Shown: positions 60,993 through 64,000 of the stretch, piece by piece | Numbering within the stretch: the first letter of the stretch is position 1 | Layout: the number at the start of each line of letters is the position of its first letter | Assembly (NCBI GenBank): GCA_024228395.1 | Contig: JAAETM010000018.1 | Location: 2,440-66,439 of the forward strand | Reading direction: 5' to 3' | DNA: 64,000 nucleotides | Source of the DNA: a bacterium | GTDB taxonomy: Bacteria > Planctomycetota > UBA1135 > GCA-002686595 | Notes under the pieces: generated by a model | What the model was told of the DNA's origin: nothing | The model's input: only the letters and a program-made list of their open reading frames with translations | Databases searched by the model: none | Program-made: the position numbers and the translations under genes

Positions 60993-61910
60993 ATGCACGG
61001 AACTCTGACAGAACGAATCACCCGCTCCTTGGCTTACATGCTGCGGCACCAGCCCGAGGAATTTGACCTGGAACTCGACGACGAAGGCTGGGGCGAGATG
61101 GAAGAGGTCGTCTGCGCGCTCAACGAGCGCCTGGGCGAACCCATCGAAGAAGAAGACGTGTCCGAAGCCCTTGGCGGCGGCGACCGCCAGCGCTACGAGA
61201 TCAAGGATGATCGCATCCGCGCCCTGTACGGACATTCTTTCCACGTGGAGCCCGGCGAGTCCGTGGAGCCGCCGGAATTCCTGTACGTGGGTGTCGGCAG
61301 CCGCGACGCTTCACGCGCCGAAGACCGCGGCCTGCGCCCCACGCGCCGCAGCTTCGTGCACCTGGCGCTGACCGAAGAAGATGCCGTGGAAACCGGCCGC
61401 CGCGCTGCGCCCGAGTACGCCGTGCTCAAGATCGACGCCGTGGAAGCATGGGAAGAGGGCATCGAGTTCTACAACCGCATCTCCCTGTTCCTCTCCGAGG
61501 AAATCCCCGCCGAGTTCATCGAGGTTGGTGAGGTTCAAACCGACGGCATCCGCCGCCACCGCGGTGGACGCGATGGTGGCAGGGGCCGTGACCGCGGTCC
61601 CCGCCGCGGAGGTCGCGACAATGATCGTGGACGTGGACGGGGTCGTGGGCGTGACGACAACCGTGACGAGTATCGCGGTCGTAGCGAGGAGCGCGCGCCC
61701 CGCGAAGAGCGTGCACCTCGCGAAGAGCGTGCCCCCCGCGAAGAGCGTGCCCCCCGCGAAGAGCGCGCACCCCGCGCGGAAGCACCCAAGCCGGAGCCGA
61801 AAGCAGAGCCGAAAGCAGAGCCCAAAGCCGAGCCGAAGCCCAAGGCGGAAGCCAAGTCCAAGCAAGGCGGCGATTCGGAGCCCTCCGGTTTCGGCGCTGG
61901 CCTTTCCTGA
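60993..61910 (+). CDS. kptA: RNA 2'-phosphotransferase (Tpt1/KptA family) with an Arg/Gly/Asp-rich and ERAPRE/AEPK-repeat C-terminal tail
   Basis: RITRSLAYMLRHQPEEFDLELDDEGW...IRALYGHS...VHLA. The tail reads RGGRDGGRGRDRGPRRGGRDNDRGRGRGRGRDD...(EERAPR)x5...(AEPK)n. Confidence 0.75.
   Translation: MHGTLTERITRSLAYMLRHQPEEFDLELDDEGWGEMEEVVCALNERLGEPIEEEDVSEALGGGDRQRYEIKDDRIRALYGHSFHVEPGESVEPPEFLYVGVGSRDASRAEDRGLRPTRRSFVHLALTEEDAVETGRRAAPEYAVLKIDAVEAWEEGIEFYNRISLFLSEEIPAEFIEVGEVQTDGIRRHRGGRDGGRGRDRGPRRGGRDNDRGRGRGRGRDDNRDEYRGRSEERAPREERAPREERAPREERAPREERAPRAEAPKPEPKAEPKAEPKAEPKPKAEAKSKQGGDSEPSGFGAGLS
61686..61775 (+). repeat. 5 x 18-nt tandem repeat (GAAGAGCGTGCCCCCCGC-like; encodes EERAPR), followed by 12-nt AEPK repeats to about 61840
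   Basis: Units read directly at 61686, 61704, 61722, 61740 and 61758. Confidence 0.9.
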
Positions 61911-61931
61911 GCCCAAAGCCAAAGGCAACCC

Positions 61932-62765
61932 GTGCCCACAAAGCTGCCCGATCACTATTCGGTGCATCGCGAAAACCAGGGAACCCTGGCGGTACTCAAA
62001 CAGTACTCGTCAGCCCTGGAGCAGCTGGGCTATTCACTCACCACCGACGGTGAGCGCAGCGACTCCGACCTCAAGGGTCGCGGCAACATGCAGGAGTTTC
62101 AGCTGGCCTCCGGCCAGAAACTCATCATTCGTCGCTTCCGCCGTGGGGGCATGGTCCGCTTCCTGAGCAAAGACCGCTTCCTCGACCCCGAGCGCCCCTT
62201 CCAGGAGATCGTTCTCTCCGAAGACCTGCGCGAACGTGGTTTCAAGACCCCTGTGATCGCGGCCGCACGGGCGCGTCGTTTGGGTTTGATGGGGTACCGC
62301 TTGGAGCTGGTGACCGAGCAGGTCAGCGGGGTGAAGTCCCTGGGCCGCTGGCAAGCCCAGTTCCGCGAGCAGCGCGTGGACGCGGAACTGCAACGCTCCA
62401 TGCTGAAGGTCGCAGGCCAAACGGTGCGCCGCCTGCACGAAGCCGGCTTCGAACACTCCGACCTGCAACCGGAAAACCTGCTCTGGCAGCCGGCCGCCGG
62501 TGCAGCGGCCCCCTACCTCTGGATCCTCGACCTGGACCGCTCCGTGTTACACCCGAGCCCCCTGCCCGACCCCACCCGCCAGCAAAACCTCTGGCGCCTC
62601 TGGCGCTACGTATTGCGCCGCGAGTCCACCGGCGGCAAGACGCTCACCCGCAGCGACTACTTACGTTTCCTAGTCGCCTACGAACCCGACCGCCCATTGC
62701 GAAAGACCCTGGCCGCCGCTCTTCAACATTTGCGCGCGACCCGCAGCCGTTATCACAAGCTATGA
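61932..62765 (+). CDS. Lipopolysaccharide kinase (Kdo/WaaP/InaA family)
   Basis: RLHEAGFEHSDLQPENLLW catalytic loop. GTG start. Confidence 0.7.
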   Translation: MPTKLPDHYSVHRENQGTLAVLKQYSSALEQLGYSLTTDGERSDSDLKGRGNMQEFQLASGQKLIIRRFRRGGMVRFLSKDRFLDPERPFQEIVLSEDLRERGFKTPVIAAARARRLGLMGYRLELVTEQVSGVKSLGRWQAQFREQRVDAELQRSMLKVAGQTVRRLHEAGFEHSDLQPENLLWQPAAGAAAPYLWILDLDRSVLHPSPLPDPTRQQNLWRLWRYVLRRESTGGKTLTRSDYLRFLVAYEPDRPLRKTLAAALQHLRATRSRYHKL

Positions 62766-63097
62766 ATGAGATTGAATGCAAAGTGTGCTCCGAGGGCAGC
62801 CTAGTGCTGCGTGAGTTGCCCAAGTTTCCAAGTCCTGAAGTTCAACGAGTGGGTGGCCTGTTGACGCTTGGGGCCACGATAGTGTTCGTGATCAGCTCGA
62901 TAGCATGTTCGATACTCTTCGTGGCAGTGCTCATCGACTTCAAGATCTTCCACCCAGGTATGGTGGCCTTACCTCTGGGCCTTGGAGTTGAGATTTTCCT
63001 CGGTTACCTTTTGCTCAGAACAGCCGGTGCATTGCTCACCATGGAAAAGCCCACCCTGCAATGTGACCACTGCAGCGCCACTATCCCGGCTAGCTGA
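62762..63097 (+). CDS. Small membrane protein with a split zinc-ribbon (CxxC ... CxxC)
   Basis: CKVC at the N-terminus, CDHC at the C-terminus, and three hydrophobic helices between. ATGA overlap with the upstream kinase gene. Confidence 0.5.
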   Translation: MNEIECKVCSEGSLVLRELPKFPSPEVQRVGGLLTLGATIVFVISSIACSILFVAVLIDFKIFHPGMVALPLGLGVEIFLGYLLLRTAGALLTMEKPTLQCDHCSATIPAS

Positions 63098-63147
63098 CAG
63101 TTCCCCAGGCGAAGGAGACTTCGCCACAACCAAGGAAGGCGGGTGAT

Positions 63148-64000
63148 TCACTCTTCTGAGGGCTCAGTGATCGAGGTCAGGTCGATCGGTATTGTCTCGC
63201 CTTCGATAAGTTGGACCTGTGATTTGTGGGAGAAGCGGGGGCCAGATTCATCGATGGCCTGCCACCTTACGAGCAGGGTCCAGCGGCCTGGCGTGATGGC
63301 TTGGGTGCGTTGGGCTTCCAGGATGGAGCCGGTGAAGCTCGGGTCGTCCTCCGATGGTGTGCTCTGGCCCGGAGGAATCCAATCTTCGAAATCGTAGGAG
63401 CCTCGCATTCCGGGTGGCAGGGTGATGTGTAGGAAGCCGCCCTTGCGAAGTACGATGTCCTCGGCTTGGCGGGTTTCAAAGGGCGGGATGACGTGTGAGT
63501 CGCTTTGGCCTGCCACGTGGGAGGGGCTCAAGGCGACTGCGATGACCGGTTGTGCGGGGGTGACGCCTTGCAGGCGGTAGTCTCCCCTGGCGTCGGTGAA
63601 CGTGGTGCGGATATCGCTCAATGCGAGCAGGTGAGGGGCCGCTCCTGGAGGCAGCTTGGTTAGTGCCGGGTCCAGGCGCTGCCGCATGTATCGCGCGGCA
63701 TCCTCTCCGGTAGTGCTAAGGGCTCGAATAGGAACGCCAGCCAAACCACGGCCATAAGAATCGACCACCCGTCCATGTAGTTCGGTTTGCGATCGGGTCA
63801 GAAGTAACTTGTTGTTACCAGGAATGAGCTCCACATCGAAACGTTCTGGCATGCGCAAGTCGGGGTGGGTGACCCAAAACTGCCAGGGCCCGGGTAGCAA
63901 TCCCTGCAGTTGAAACTCGCCATTGGCGTTGGTTTCGAACCCCTTGGGGTTCGAGAGATTTGCGGGGGTCACCCTTCGGCGAAAATCAATCGAATCCGAA
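63148..64000 (-). CDS. Carboxypeptidase-regulatory-like repeat protein, C-terminal part (gene starts beyond the window)
   Basis: The ORF is open to the window end. Repeats GRVVDSYGRGLAGVPI...TDARGDYRLQGVTP. Confidence 0.5.
   Translation of the reverse strand, partial: SDSIDFRRRVTPANLSNPKGFETNANGEFQLQGLLPGPWQFWVTHPDLRMPERFDVELIPGNNKLLLTRSQTELHGRVVDSYGRGLAGVPIRALSTTGEDAARYMRQRLDPALTKLPPGAAPHLLALSDIRTTFTDARGDYRLQGVTPAQPVIAVALSPSHVAGQSDSHVIPPFETRQAEDIVLRKGGFLHITLPPGMRGSYDFEDWIPPGQSTPSEDDPSFTGSILEAQRTQAITPGRWTLLVRWQAIDESGPRFSHKSQVQLIEGETIPIDLTSITEPSEE

Noticed and set aside
1-64000. CRISPR arrays, rRNA operons, prophage blocks, restriction-modification or toxin-antitoxin modules
   Set aside because: Scanning the sequence and the ORF translations showed no regularly spaced direct repeats of 25-40 nt. 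There were no rRNA-like stretches and no capsid, terminase, integrase, methylase or endonuclease signatures.

Overview
GC-rich segment from a diderm bacterium (lipoboxes, heptosyltransferase and Kdo/WaaP-type kinase are present). No rRNA, intact tRNA or CRISPR array was seen. About 3.4-48.3 kb is one large surface-polysaccharide locus. It encodes an OPX (Wza-like) exporter, a PCP (Wzz-like) protein and a degenerate BY-kinase-like ATPase. It also holds a nucleotide-sugar block (rfbF, SDR epimerase, PIG-L deacetylase) containing four paralogous TylCIII-type Zn-ribbon/C-methyltransferase genes. Further genes are a Wzy-like polymerase, several GT2 enzymes, a split Alg14/Alg13-like GT, a pyruvyl transferase with a FrhB-like partner, GT9 and an SGNH hydrolase. 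The priming polyprenyl-phosphate sugar transferase has an N-terminus that reads as a degenerate GGDEF domain retaining an RxxD I-site, and a canonical PilZ protein lies two genes away. Two unusual secreted-protein families sit inside the locus. One is a pair of modular proteins (about 1980 and 805 aa) built from ConA/LamG-like jelly-roll, InlB-B-repeat-like and Fn3-like modules, sharing a C-terminal domain of about 360 aa. The other is three tandem LamG plus right-handed beta-helix lipoprotein paralogs. Mobile-element relics (an IS481-type transposase pseudogene and an ORF-degenerate group II intron with recognisable domains V/VI) bracket a three-gene glycosyltransferase cassette. Other sequence-level oddities are listed here. 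An in-frame TGA with a downstream hairpin splits a CRTAC1-like FG-GAP/ASPIC-thioredoxin gene. G10/C10 homopolymer tracts lie in or next to glycan-modification genes. A 77-nt element is repeated at exactly 600-nt spacing. The right-hand 16 kb is mostly housekeeping (MATE, FabZ-like, AP-superfamily phosphodiesterase, rhodanese, Atl-like protein, a DAACS transporter with a PDZ-like insertion, KptA with an RG/ERAPRE-repeat tail, LPS kinase). All family calls rest on motif recognition by eye and no searches were run.
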